The translations under genes were made by a program, and so were the position numbers. The notes under the pieces are model-generated. The model worked only from the letters and a program-made list of their open reading frames with translations, made no database searches and was not told the DNA's origin. Shown here one piece after another: positions 9,401-17,297 of a DNA stretch of 64,000 nucleotides (the stretch's first letter is position 1; the number at the start of each line of letters is the position of its first letter). The stretch comes from an uncultured Desulfobacterales bacterium (GTDB lineage Bacteria > Desulfobacterota > Desulfobacteria > Desulfobacterales > B30-G6): NCBI GenBank assembly GCA_964633115.1, contig CAZWEO010000003.1:46137-110136 (forward strand), written 5' to 3'.

Positions 9401-9568
9401 AAAGTGCGGTGCCGAAATTCGAAAAATTTCGGCAAAATTCCCGTAATACCCTGTAGCTTGCTGCAGGGATAGGGATTTTAGCTATCATAAGCCACCGACT
9501 GAGTCGGTGGCGTTGACCGCATTGGAGCGACAAAGTCGCGTTTCATAAAATCGTGCTACGATTTTATT
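9401..9568. repeat. Modular multi-hairpin intergenic repeat, copy A
   Basis: aaagtgcggtgc...cgtaataccctgta-gcttgctgcaggg...agcgac...gcgtttcataaaatcg-tgcta-cgattttatt; same modules at 59012..59200 and right half at 44725..44793. Confidence 0.8.
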
Positions 9569-9610
9569 ACTGAAGACATTTAGCTTGTTTACAGCTTAAG
9601 GCTAACAGCA

Positions 9611-9742
9611 CCCTCCAACCCGTCAAATCTACGCCCCTTCTCCCCATACCCCCAACCCGCAACTCGATTCACGTATCTCGACACTCGTACCCCGCACCCC
9701 GTAACTCGACACTCGTACCTCAAAACCCGCACCCCGCCCCAC
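9611..9742. repeat. C-rich tract with G only in CpG; internal direct repeats
   Basis: 132 nt in which all 13 G follow a C; ctcgacactcgtacc and cccgcaccccg each occur twice; complement strand has many GGG/GGGG runs. Confidence 0.8.
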
Positions 9743-9760
9743 ATGTCAAGATCTTGACAT
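9743..9760. promoter_or_regulatory. Perfect 18-bp palindrome ATGTCAAGATCTTGACAT (candidate protein-binding site/UAS)
   Basis: Perfect dyad about 130 bp upstream of the motA sigma-54 promoter, followed by degenerate copy ccttgatctttgacg; near-identical site at 33883..33900. Confidence 0.45.
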
Positions 9761-9885
9761 TGGTCCTTGATCTTTGACGTACGATCAGATTTTCATCTTG
9801 TTCTGGCGTAGCGTCGATTATTTAAATGACTGAAAATAATATAAAAAAATAGATAAAAAACTATTTTGAGTCTTGTGGCAATCAT

Positions 9886-9901
9886 TGGCATAAAGGTTGC
9901 T
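9886..9901 (+). promoter_or_regulatory. Sigma-54 (-24/-12) promoter for motA operon
   Basis: TGGCAT-aaagg-TTGCT with canonical GG/GC spacing; predicted start site falls after ORF-track ATG 9904, favouring ATG 9949. Confidence 0.75.
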
Positions 9902-9948
9902 CTATGTACTGGCATGCAGTCATCTTATGTCATCAATTAGGAGGAGTC

Positions 9949-10698
9949 ATGGACATTGCCACCCTATTGGGAGTCGTTTCCGCATTTGGTCTTGTGGTTG
10001 CGGCCATTTTCATGGGCGGAGGGCTTGGCCTTTTTATCAATATCCCGTCGGCCCTGATCGTCGTCGGGGGTACTATTGGAACAACCCTGATCAATTATCC
10101 CCTAGCAGATATGCTCAAGGTCGTAAGCGTCGTAAAAAATGCATTGTTTTCCAATACCATGTCAGGCAGCAGCCTGATCGAACGTTTTGTAGACTTTGCC
10201 AATAAATCACGTCGAGAAGGAATTCTGGCCCTCGAATCAGAAATTAAAACTGTAAAGAATGAATTTTTGCAAAAAGGTATCCAACTTTCCATTGATGGCT
10301 TGGAGCCCCAGGAAATAAGAGAAATTCTGGAGACCGAGGTTGAGTTTATTCGCAGCCGCCACCAATTGGGGGCAGAGCTATTTACCACCATGGGAACCTT
10401 CGCACCGGCTTTGGGCATGATTGGCACCCTCATCGGGTTGGTTCAAATGCTCCAGTCTATGGATGATCCCAGTAGTATTGGTCCGGCCATGGCCGTAGCC
10501 TTGCTGACGACATTTTACGGATCCTTGATGGCAAATTTGGTGTGTATACCGATTGCCGGGAAGCTCAAAAACCGTAGCAAAGAAGAAATGTTGTCCAAGG
10601 AGCTGGCGATTCAAGGGATAATTTCACTATCCAATGGGGATAACCCCAGAATCCTGGAGCAAAAACTGCAAGCATTCGTTCCCCCCAATCAACGTTAG
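9949..10698 (+). CDS. motA: Flagellar stator protein MotA/PomA
   Basis: MDIATLLGVVSAFGLVVAAIFMGG N-terminus, C-terminal MotA/TolQ/ExbB channel region GTLIGLVQML...ALLTTFYGSLMAN; strong RBS aggagg before ATG 9949. Confidence 0.95.
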   Translation: MDIATLLGVVSAFGLVVAAIFMGGGLGLFINIPSALIVVGGTIGTTLINYPLADMLKVVSVVKNALFSNTMSGSSLIERFVDFANKSRREGILALESEIKTVKNEFLQKGIQLSIDGLEPQEIREILETEVEFIRSRHQLGAELFTTMGTFAPALGMIGTLIGLVQMLQSMDDPSSIGPAMAVALLTTFYGSLMANLVCIPIAGKLKNRSKEEMLSKELAIQGIISLSNGDNPRILEQKLQAFVPPNQR

Positions 10699-10709
10699 GA
10701 TAAAGGGCT

Positions 10710-11480
10710 ATGGCTAGAAAGAAAAAGAATAGTGGTGATGATTCGTCCGGTGCCGATATCGGCGTGGTGATGACGTGTTCACTATTCTTGATCATCCTAA
10801 CATTTTTTATTCTACTCAATTCGATTGCCGTGATCGATGACCGCAAAACGCGTATGGCGATTGGATCACTGGTGGGATCCTTTGGAAGTTTGACCGGCGG
10901 TTTGTCTCCCATGAAAACCGGTACGTCCATCATGCCTTCCACCGCACCGCTTATCGAACAAGATATGGACTTTCAGCGATTTCTTGAAGCACTTAATATG
11001 GATCTGCTGGGCAATGTTAAGGTGGTTACCACCAAGCAACAAAACATTATTACTATCAATAGCGATGATCTGTTTGATCAAACCACCCACGGGATCATGC
11101 CTGCGCAAACTGCACTCCTGGACCGACTTGGCAAGTTCATTAAAAAAGGTGATTATCCCGTCGAGATTATTGGCCATACAGACAATCGACTACCAGAGGC
11201 CAAAGGCTATCGATCCAATTGGGAGGGGACCAGTCTAATGGCGATTCGGGTCCTGCGCTATTTTGTGGAACACCTGAAGTTGGATCCCAAACGTATGAGC
11301 GCATTCGGGCGTGGGAGTCAATATCCGGCGGCTTCCAATGATACGGTTGAATCGCGACGTTTGAATCGCCGCATTGAAATCAATTTAAAATATAATATGC
11401 CTTACCATGCCCGCCGGATTTACGGCGATCGACCATCCGGCAATTTTACCTATAAACGTTTTAACTTTAAGATCTTTTGA
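10710..11480 (+). CDS. MotB-like OmpA-domain protein lacking the conserved TM aspartate
   Basis: Single TM VVMTCSLFLIILTFFILL (Ser where MotB has Asp), OmpA-like EIIGHTDN...NRRIEINL; 256 aa. Confidence 0.8.
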   Translation: MARKKKNSGDDSSGADIGVVMTCSLFLIILTFFILLNSIAVIDDRKTRMAIGSLVGSFGSLTGGLSPMKTGTSIMPSTAPLIEQDMDFQRFLEALNMDLLGNVKVVTTKQQNIITINSDDLFDQTTHGIMPAQTALLDRLGKFIKKGDYPVEIIGHTDNRLPEAKGYRSNWEGTSLMAIRVLRYFVEHLKLDPKRMSAFGRGSQYPAASNDTVESRRLNRRIEINLKYNMPYHARRIYGDRPSGNFTYKRFNFKIF

Positions 11481-11481
11481 T

Positions 11482-12228
11482 ATGAGTCGCAAACAACGAA
11501 ACAGCGGAGAAGAAACAGCCGAAAACACGGGCGCATGGATGGTGACGTTTTCGGATCTCATTATGCTACTGCTGACTTTTTTTGTGCTGCTGTTAACCAT
11601 GTCCTCCCTGGATCAGAAAGCCCTCAAGGAGCTGATTAGTCATCTGCAGGATTCCACTGGTGTTCTCGAATTTTCAGGTTTGGGCGAAATTAGTAGCATG
11701 ACGAGTATCGTTGAGAAATACAATACCAGCAACAGTAAAATTGTCATCAGTCACGACAAATTGACGCAGTTGTCCGGATTGAATCTCATCGAAGCCAATA
11801 CCTTGAAAGATAGAATGAAAGATATCGAGGCTCTGATTAACATCACCGATGATGAACGCGGCATCGTTTTCTCATTTCATGAAAATATTTTTTTTAAACC
11901 GGGAACCACAAGTATCGATAAAGCACATGCCAGCGTCCTGAATTCAATCGCCAGGGCCATTGATGAAAACATGAATGATATATTGATCATGGGTCATACC
12001 GACAGTACTCCGATTAAATCGGGGAGATATCCTTCCAATTGGGAACTATCCAACTATCGGGGGTTGGCGGTTTTGAATTACTTTATAAAAGAGGCGAAGT
12101 TGAATCCGCAGCGTTTTGCCGTGGGTGGATATGGCTTTTCTCGGCCGTTGAAGCCGAATGACACTGTTGACAACAGGTCAACCAACAGACGGGTTGAAAT
12201 CATATTTCAACCATTAGAGGAGAGTTAA
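11482..12228 (+). CDS. motB: Flagellar stator protein MotB (canonical)
   Basis: GAWMVTFSDLIMLLLTFFVLLL with Asp 8 residues before TFF; OmpA-like ILIMGHTDSTP...NRRVEIIF; ATG 11482 (ORF-track start 11407 overlaps previous gene). Confidence 0.9.
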   Translation: MSRKQRNSGEETAENTGAWMVTFSDLIMLLLTFFVLLLTMSSLDQKALKELISHLQDSTGVLEFSGLGEISSMTSIVEKYNTSNSKIVISHDKLTQLSGLNLIEANTLKDRMKDIEALINITDDERGIVFSFHENIFFKPGTTSIDKAHASVLNSIARAIDENMNDILIMGHTDSTPIKSGRYPSNWELSNYRGLAVLNYFIKEAKLNPQRFAVGGYGFSRPLKPNDTVDNRSTNRRVEIIFQPLEES

Positions 12229-12750
12229 ATGGCTGAAAATGAAGAAAAAAAAGAAACCGAACAAACGGAGAGCCCCAAGGGTAATAAATCCTTATTATTG
12301 GTGATTATCCTGGGCGTCATCATCATTATTTTGGGTGGTGGCGGGGTTGCCGGCTGGTTCATGTTTTTTACCAAAGATGCCGGTGAAGGCGATCAGACCG
12401 CCCAAGCGGAAGCAGCCCAAGCCGCCAGCACTGAAGCGACCCAGAGTATCATCGTACCGTTGGATTCGTTCATCGTCAATCTGATGGACCGGACCGGCTC
12501 AGGTAAAAGATATTTAAAAACCACCATTGAGTTGGATGTTGCGGATGAGGGGAGCCAGGGGATGGTGGATGTTCGCAAAGCACAGCTTCGGGATGCAATA
12601 TTGCTCTTGCTGACTAGCCAGTCCTTTGCAGAAATAAGCACCACTGAGGGCAAGCAGGCATTGAAAAAAGCGCTTTTGCTAAGGATCAATCAGGCCTTGG
12701 GTGGCCGCTTAGTCAGCGGACTCTACTTTACTGAATTTGTAGTGCAATAG
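12229..12750 (+). CDS. fliL: Flagellar basal-body-associated protein FliL
   Basis: N-terminal TM, IVPLDSFIVNLMD...KRYLKTTIELDV...LYFTEFVVQ FliL domain. Confidence 0.9.
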   Translation: MAENEEKKETEQTESPKGNKSLLLVIILGVIIIILGGGGVAGWFMFFTKDAGEGDQTAQAEAAQAASTEATQSIIVPLDSFIVNLMDRTGSGKRYLKTTIELDVADEGSQGMVDVRKAQLRDAILLLLTSQSFAEISTTEGKQALKKALLLRINQALGGRLVSGLYFTEFVVQ

Positions 12751-12757
12751 GTCGCAA

Positions 12758-13735
12758 ATGGAAAAAGTACTATCACAAGAAGAAGTCGATTCGTTACTGA
12801 ATGGTATCGATGAAGGCAAAGTCGAAACCGAAACCGATATTCCCGAGGACACCGAGGGATTGCAGGTTTATGATTTCAGCAGTAAATCGGCTCCTTATCA
12901 CCAACGGATGCCAGCCTTGGGGATAATCAATGAGCGATTTATCAGTTTTATCAACTCCAATCTTTCTGATGCAACCGGTTCAGCCATCGATGTCAGCGTT
13001 AGCGAAGTCGACTCAGTTCGTTATGGGGAGTTCTGCCGATCGCTGCCTTTACCAGCGAGTCTGAATATACTTAAACTGAATCCGCTGCGGGGCTATGCCA
13101 TGCTCGTATTAGAAGGTCCGCTGGTATTTTCATTTGTGGACATTTTTTTCGGTGGCAAATGCTCCACGCATGTCAAATTAGAGGGCCGCAGTTTTACAGC
13201 CATCGAAACCAAGATTATCCAAAGAATCGTTAAAATCGTTCTGCAAGACTATGAGCGCGCTTGGGCTGATGTGCACAATCTGGAAATGGAATATTCTAGA
13301 ACCGAAGTCGATCCGCAATTTGCTGGGATCGCCAAACCGGATGACATGATTATCACAACCCGGTTCAATGTGGATATTGGCAATTTCTCTGGCAGTATGA
13401 GTATCTGTATACCCTACAACACCCTGGAGACCATTAAGGCTGATCTCAGCCAAAACTACAAAACCGAAAACGTGGAAGCGGATTCGCCTTGGCGGCAGTT
13501 TATTGAAAATAAGCTCAAGGATATCGAGCTCAACTTGCAGTGCACCTTGGGCATGACGACCATTACCGGGCGTGAAATTTTAGGTATGCAAAAAGACGAC
13601 GTTATCCTGTTGGACCAGCGTGTCAACGAACCTGTGGGGGTCTATATCGGCGCTAGCCAGAAACTGTTGGGATTCCCTGGATCTGTCAATAACAAGAAAG
13701 CAATCCGAATTGCTAGTTGGGGAAAAATGGAGTGA
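12758..13735 (+). CDS. fliM: Flagellar motor switch protein FliM
   Basis: N-terminal LSQEEVDSLLNG (CheY-P-binding type motif), 325 aa, followed by fliN. Confidence 0.95.
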   Translation: MEKVLSQEEVDSLLNGIDEGKVETETDIPEDTEGLQVYDFSSKSAPYHQRMPALGIINERFISFINSNLSDATGSAIDVSVSEVDSVRYGEFCRSLPLPASLNILKLNPLRGYAMLVLEGPLVFSFVDIFFGGKCSTHVKLEGRSFTAIETKIIQRIVKIVLQDYERAWADVHNLEMEYSRTEVDPQFAGIAKPDDMIITTRFNVDIGNFSGSMSICIPYNTLETIKADLSQNYKTENVEADSPWRQFIENKLKDIELNLQCTLGMTTITGREILGMQKDDVILLDQRVNEPVGVYIGASQKLLGFPGSVNNKKAIRIASWGKME

Positions 13736-13738
13736 ATT

Positions 13739-14029
13739 ATGAGTGAAACTGAGACTGAAAACAAACCGAATTACGATTTCGATTTAATTTTGGATATCCC
13801 GCTGGAAGTGAAAGCTGAACTTGGTCGTTCTAAAATGCTGGTCAACGACCTACTCCAATTGGGTCAGGGTTCAATTCTGGAACTGGATCGAAAGGTCGGC
13901 GAGCAGATCGATATCTACGTCAGCGAAAAATTGCTGGCCAGGGGTGAAGTCGTGGTGGTGGATGAGAAGTTTGGGATCCGTTTGACAGATATCATTAGTC
14001 CCGACGAACGGGTTAAAACTCTGGCGTAA
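13739..14029 (+). CDS. fliN: Flagellar motor switch protein FliN
   Basis: 96 aa SpoA-type domain LLQLGQGSILELDRKVGEQIDIYVSEKLLARGEVVVVDEKFGIRLTDII. Confidence 0.95.
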   Translation: MSETETENKPNYDFDLILDIPLEVKAELGRSKMLVNDLLQLGQGSILELDRKVGEQIDIYVSEKLLARGEVVVVDEKFGIRLTDIISPDERVKTLA

Positions 14030-14041
14030 GGATCTAGGATA

Positions 14042-14368
14042 ATGGGCGAGCTGTTTGAGTTTAATTTAGTATCTACAGGGGTAAAAACCATGGCCATGCT
14101 GTTTGTGGTTTTGGCGCTATTAGTGATAACCCTTTACGTATTTAAACGCTTTTCCAACATTCACGCCCATACCACTGGCGAGATTACCATCAAAACCTTG
14201 TCCTCCCTAGCACTAACACCCAAAGACAAGCTACAGGTCGTTCAGATAGAAGATGAGAAAATCGTTGTGGGCGTTTCGCCCAGTGGGATCAACTATATTA
14301 CCAAAATTAATCCCATGGCACCGCAAACAGAAATTGTGGAACTAAATGAACATGAAGACAATGCCTAA
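14042..14368 (+). CDS. fliO: Flagellar biosynthesis protein FliO
   Basis: 108 aa, single TM MAMLFVVLALLVITLYVF then LALTPKDKLQVVQIEDEKIVVGVSPSGINYI; position before fliP. Confidence 0.75.
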   Translation: MGELFEFNLVSTGVKTMAMLFVVLALLVITLYVFKRFSNIHAHTTGEITIKTLSSLALTPKDKLQVVQIEDEKIVVGVSPSGINYITKINPMAPQTEIVELNEHEDNA

Positions 14369-15137
14369 AACCCCCACATTCATTTATATTGCTTTGCTAA
14401 TCCTGGTTTTGGGTTTGCTACTCCTGGTACCAGCAGAGGCTGCTGAAATTAGCATTCCCGCCGTCCATATCGACATCGATAATGGTACTACTCCTGGGCA
14501 GCTGCCTGTGCTAATGCAGATCATTTTTTTGCTAACGATTTTAAGTTTGGCTCCGGCTATTTTAACGTTGATGACATCATTTACTCGATTGACAATTGTG
14601 TTTTCGTTTCTGAGGCATGCCCTTGGTACCCAACAGACACCTTCCAATCAAATTATTGCCGGGCTGGCCTTATTTTTAACATTTTTCTTAATGATGCCGC
14701 TGTGGCAAAAGATCAATCAAGAGGCTTTGCAACCCTATTTAAACGAAGAAATCTCACAGGAAATTGCTCTAGAAGAAGCCATCTCGCCGATTCGACAGTT
14801 TATGTTTAAACAGACTCGCGAAAAAGATTTGGCGCTGTTTATCAAGATGGCCCAAATGGAAAAACCCAACACGCCGGCGGACGTACCCACATCTGTGTTG
14901 ATACCAGCTTTTGTGATCAGTGAGTTGAAAACCGCTTTTATGATCGGATTTATCATTTTTATCCCATTTCTGATCATCGACATGGTTGTGGCCAGTGTTC
15001 TGTTGAGTATGGGGATGATGATGTTACCACCGATTTTGATATCGTTACCCTTCAAATTGATGCTTTTTGTTTTGATGGATGGGTGGCATTTGGTGGTGGG
15101 TTCGCTGATAAAAAGTTTTGGCGGAGGTGTGTTATGA
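14346..15137 (+). CDS. fliP: Flagellar export gate protein FliP
   Basis: Signal-like N-terminus, MTSFTRLTIVFSFLRHALGTQQTPSNQIIAGLALFLTFFLMMP core. Confidence 0.95.
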   Translation: MNMKTMPKTPTFIYIALLILVLGLLLLVPAEAAEISIPAVHIDIDNGTTPGQLPVLMQIIFLLTILSLAPAILTLMTSFTRLTIVFSFLRHALGTQQTPSNQIIAGLALFLTFFLMMPLWQKINQEALQPYLNEEISQEIALEEAISPIRQFMFKQTREKDLALFIKMAQMEKPNTPADVPTSVLIPAFVISELKTAFMIGFIIFIPFLIIDMVVASVLLSMGMMMLPPILISLPFKLMLFVLMDGWHLVVGSLIKSFGGGVL

Positions 15138-15403
15138 CACCCGAATTTGTTGTCACCATCGCCCAGGAAGCCATCAAGACAACCATTCTAGTTGCTATGC
15201 CAACCCTACTTTTGGGATTGGGGGTCGGCTTGATTATCAGTATTTTTCAGGCAGTCACCCAAATTCAGGAAATGACTCTGACATTTATACCCAAGATACT
15301 GATTATTTTGCTAGGGCTCCTATTTTTTTCAAGTTGGATGTTACAGCATCTGATGACTTTCGCCATCAGTACATTCGAACAGATACCATTTTATATTCGT
15401 TGA
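15134..15403 (+). CDS. fliQ: Flagellar export gate protein FliQ
   Basis: 89 aa, two TM helices, MTPEFVVTIAQEAIKTTILVAMP; ATGA overlap with fliP stop. Confidence 0.9.
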   Translation: MTPEFVVTIAQEAIKTTILVAMPTLLLGLGVGLIISIFQAVTQIQEMTLTFIPKILIILLGLLFFSSWMLQHLMTFAISTFEQIPFYIR

Positions 15404-15410
15404 GGAATTA

Positions 15411-16190
15411 ATGATGAGCATGATTCAGGCCCCTTTTCAGGATTTTAACCATTTCCTTCTGATCTTTATCAGAGTGGGGGTCATTCTTTTTATCCTGCCG
15501 TTTTTCAGCTCCCGGACCATACCGATTCTAAGTAAAGTCGGCCTAACGTTGATTATCGCCATGCTCATTTATCCAGTTGCCGATAAACAGCTAACTGCAT
15601 TCCCGACCACAGTGCTGGGTATCGCCCACCTGGTTGCCGGTGAACTGGTAGTGGGCATGATCCTGGGACTTGTGGTTCAGGTATTTTTTGAAGGTGTACG
15701 CATTATGGGTCAGTTAGTGGGGTTTCAAACCGGATTTGCGATTACCAATATTTTAGATCCTCAGAGCGGCACCCAGGTTTCGATCCTATCAAATATGGCC
15801 TATCTGATGGCCATGGTATTGTTTTTGATTCTGAATGGCCATCATATCCTTCTTAACGCCCTAGGTGAGAGTTTTGATATTATTCGTGTGGGCGGTTTAA
15901 GCCTGAATCGTCTCATACTGCCTGAGCTCATCAAACATATGGGCCAAATGTTTGTTATTGGAATTAAAATTGGTGCACCGGCTATTGCCGCTTTGATAAT
16001 TGCTAAGGTCATTTTTGGGTTGATAACCAAAATGATTCCTCAAATGAATATCATGATTGTAGCTTTTCCGCTGCAGATCGTTGTTGGCCTTCTATTTTTT
16101 AGCATTTCTTTAAGACTACTTCTGATATTTACGGAAAAGTTTCTGGCTAATCTGGATATAGTCCTGATCAATACGATGAAGTGGATATAA
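15411..16190 (+). CDS. fliR: Flagellar export gate protein FliR
   Basis: 259 aa polytopic membrane protein between fliQ and flhB. Confidence 0.9.
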   Translation: MMSMIQAPFQDFNHFLLIFIRVGVILFILPFFSSRTIPILSKVGLTLIIAMLIYPVADKQLTAFPTTVLGIAHLVAGELVVGMILGLVVQVFFEGVRIMGQLVGFQTGFAITNILDPQSGTQVSILSNMAYLMAMVLFLILNGHHILLNALGESFDIIRVGGLSLNRLILPELIKHMGQMFVIGIKIGAPAIAALIIAKVIFGLITKMIPQMNIMIVAFPLQIVVGLLFFSISLRLLLIFTEKFLANLDIVLINTMKWI

Positions 16191-16199
16191 AGGTTTAGC

Positions 16200-17261
16200 A
16201 TGGCAGACCAAAATTTTGATGAGAAATCAGAAAAACCAACACCTAAAAAACGACAGGATGCTCGCAAGAAAGGTGAGGTTGCCAAAAGTAGAGAGCTGCC
16301 TTCGGTAACGGTGCTATTGTCCGGTATAATGACACTGGCTGTAAGCGCCCCGTTTATGAACGCCCAAATGCGAATGGTAATGGAAACGGCCCTAAAAGAA
16401 TTTCCAACCTCCGATTTTGGCTTGGCCGATGTGGTCAACCTGGGCCATGAATTGAGCATGATGTTTTTGCTCATGGTTGGTCCGATCATGGCCGTTGTTT
16501 TTATCGTGGCGATTTTATCCAATATCCTGCAGGTTGGCTTCCTGCTTTCGGGTGAATCCATTAAACCAAAACTGTCCAAGCTCAACCCTCTCAAGGGTTT
16601 TGGTAGGCTTTTTTCGATTCAATCACTGATGGAATTTGTCAAATCCATGACCAAACTACTGATCGTTGGTATTGTGTCATATTTATTCATTAAGGGTGAA
16701 ATGGACCGCATCTTGAGTTTAATGGATATGGAATTGCAAGGTATTATGGCCTACATCCTAATTACAATTCTAAAAATAACGATCATATGCGCACTTGCCA
16801 TGGTGACTTTAGTTGTGGCGGATTTTGCCTTTCAGAAATGGCAATTTGAAAAGCGTATCAAAATGACCAAGAAAGAAGTTAAAGATGAGCTGAAAACCTC
16901 TGAAGGCGACCCGCTAATAAAATCCAGGATCAAGAGTATTCAAATGGAGATGTCCCGCAAGCGTATGATGCAGGATGTTCCCAAAGCTGATGTAGTGATC
17001 ACAAACCCGACCCATTTCGCAGTAGCCATTAAGTACGACAGCGCTGTTATGGGAGCGCCCCAGTTGTTGGCTAAAGGGGCTGGCGACGTAGCCAGGCGGA
17101 TTAAAGCATTAGCCAAGGAACACAACATACCGGTAGTTGAGAACAAAGAGTTGGCCAGAAACTTGTTCGCTGCAGTCGATATCGGCCAGGAAATACCGGT
17201 CGATTTGTATCAAGCTGTGGCTGAAGTTTTGGCTTATATTTATAAACTAAAATCCGCGTAA
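16200..17261 (+). CDS. flhB: Flagellar export switch protein FlhB
   Basis: EKSEKPTPKKRQDARKKGEVAKSRE N-terminus, four TM, NPTH autocleavage site in VVITNPTHFAVAIKY. Confidence 0.95.
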   Translation: MADQNFDEKSEKPTPKKRQDARKKGEVAKSRELPSVTVLLSGIMTLAVSAPFMNAQMRMVMETALKEFPTSDFGLADVVNLGHELSMMFLLMVGPIMAVVFIVAILSNILQVGFLLSGESIKPKLSKLNPLKGFGRLFSIQSLMEFVKSMTKLLIVGIVSYLFIKGEMDRILSLMDMELQGIMAYILITILKITIICALAMVTLVVADFAFQKWQFEKRIKMTKKEVKDELKTSEGDPLIKSRIKSIQMEMSRKRMMQDVPKADVVITNPTHFAVAIKYDSAVMGAPQLLAKGAGDVARRIKALAKEHNIPVVENKELARNLFAAVDIGQEIPVDLYQAVAEVLAYIYKLKSA

Positions 17262-17297
17262 TAAAAGCGCAATCAAAGGGTATAGATTCAAAGACCG

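Noticed and set aside
9897-10205. 102-aa + strand ORF and the 15-aa N-terminal extension of motA from ATG 9904
   Set aside because: Both begin at or before the predicted sigma-54 transcription start. The 102-aa frame is Arg/Cys/His-rich and overlaps motA out of frame.
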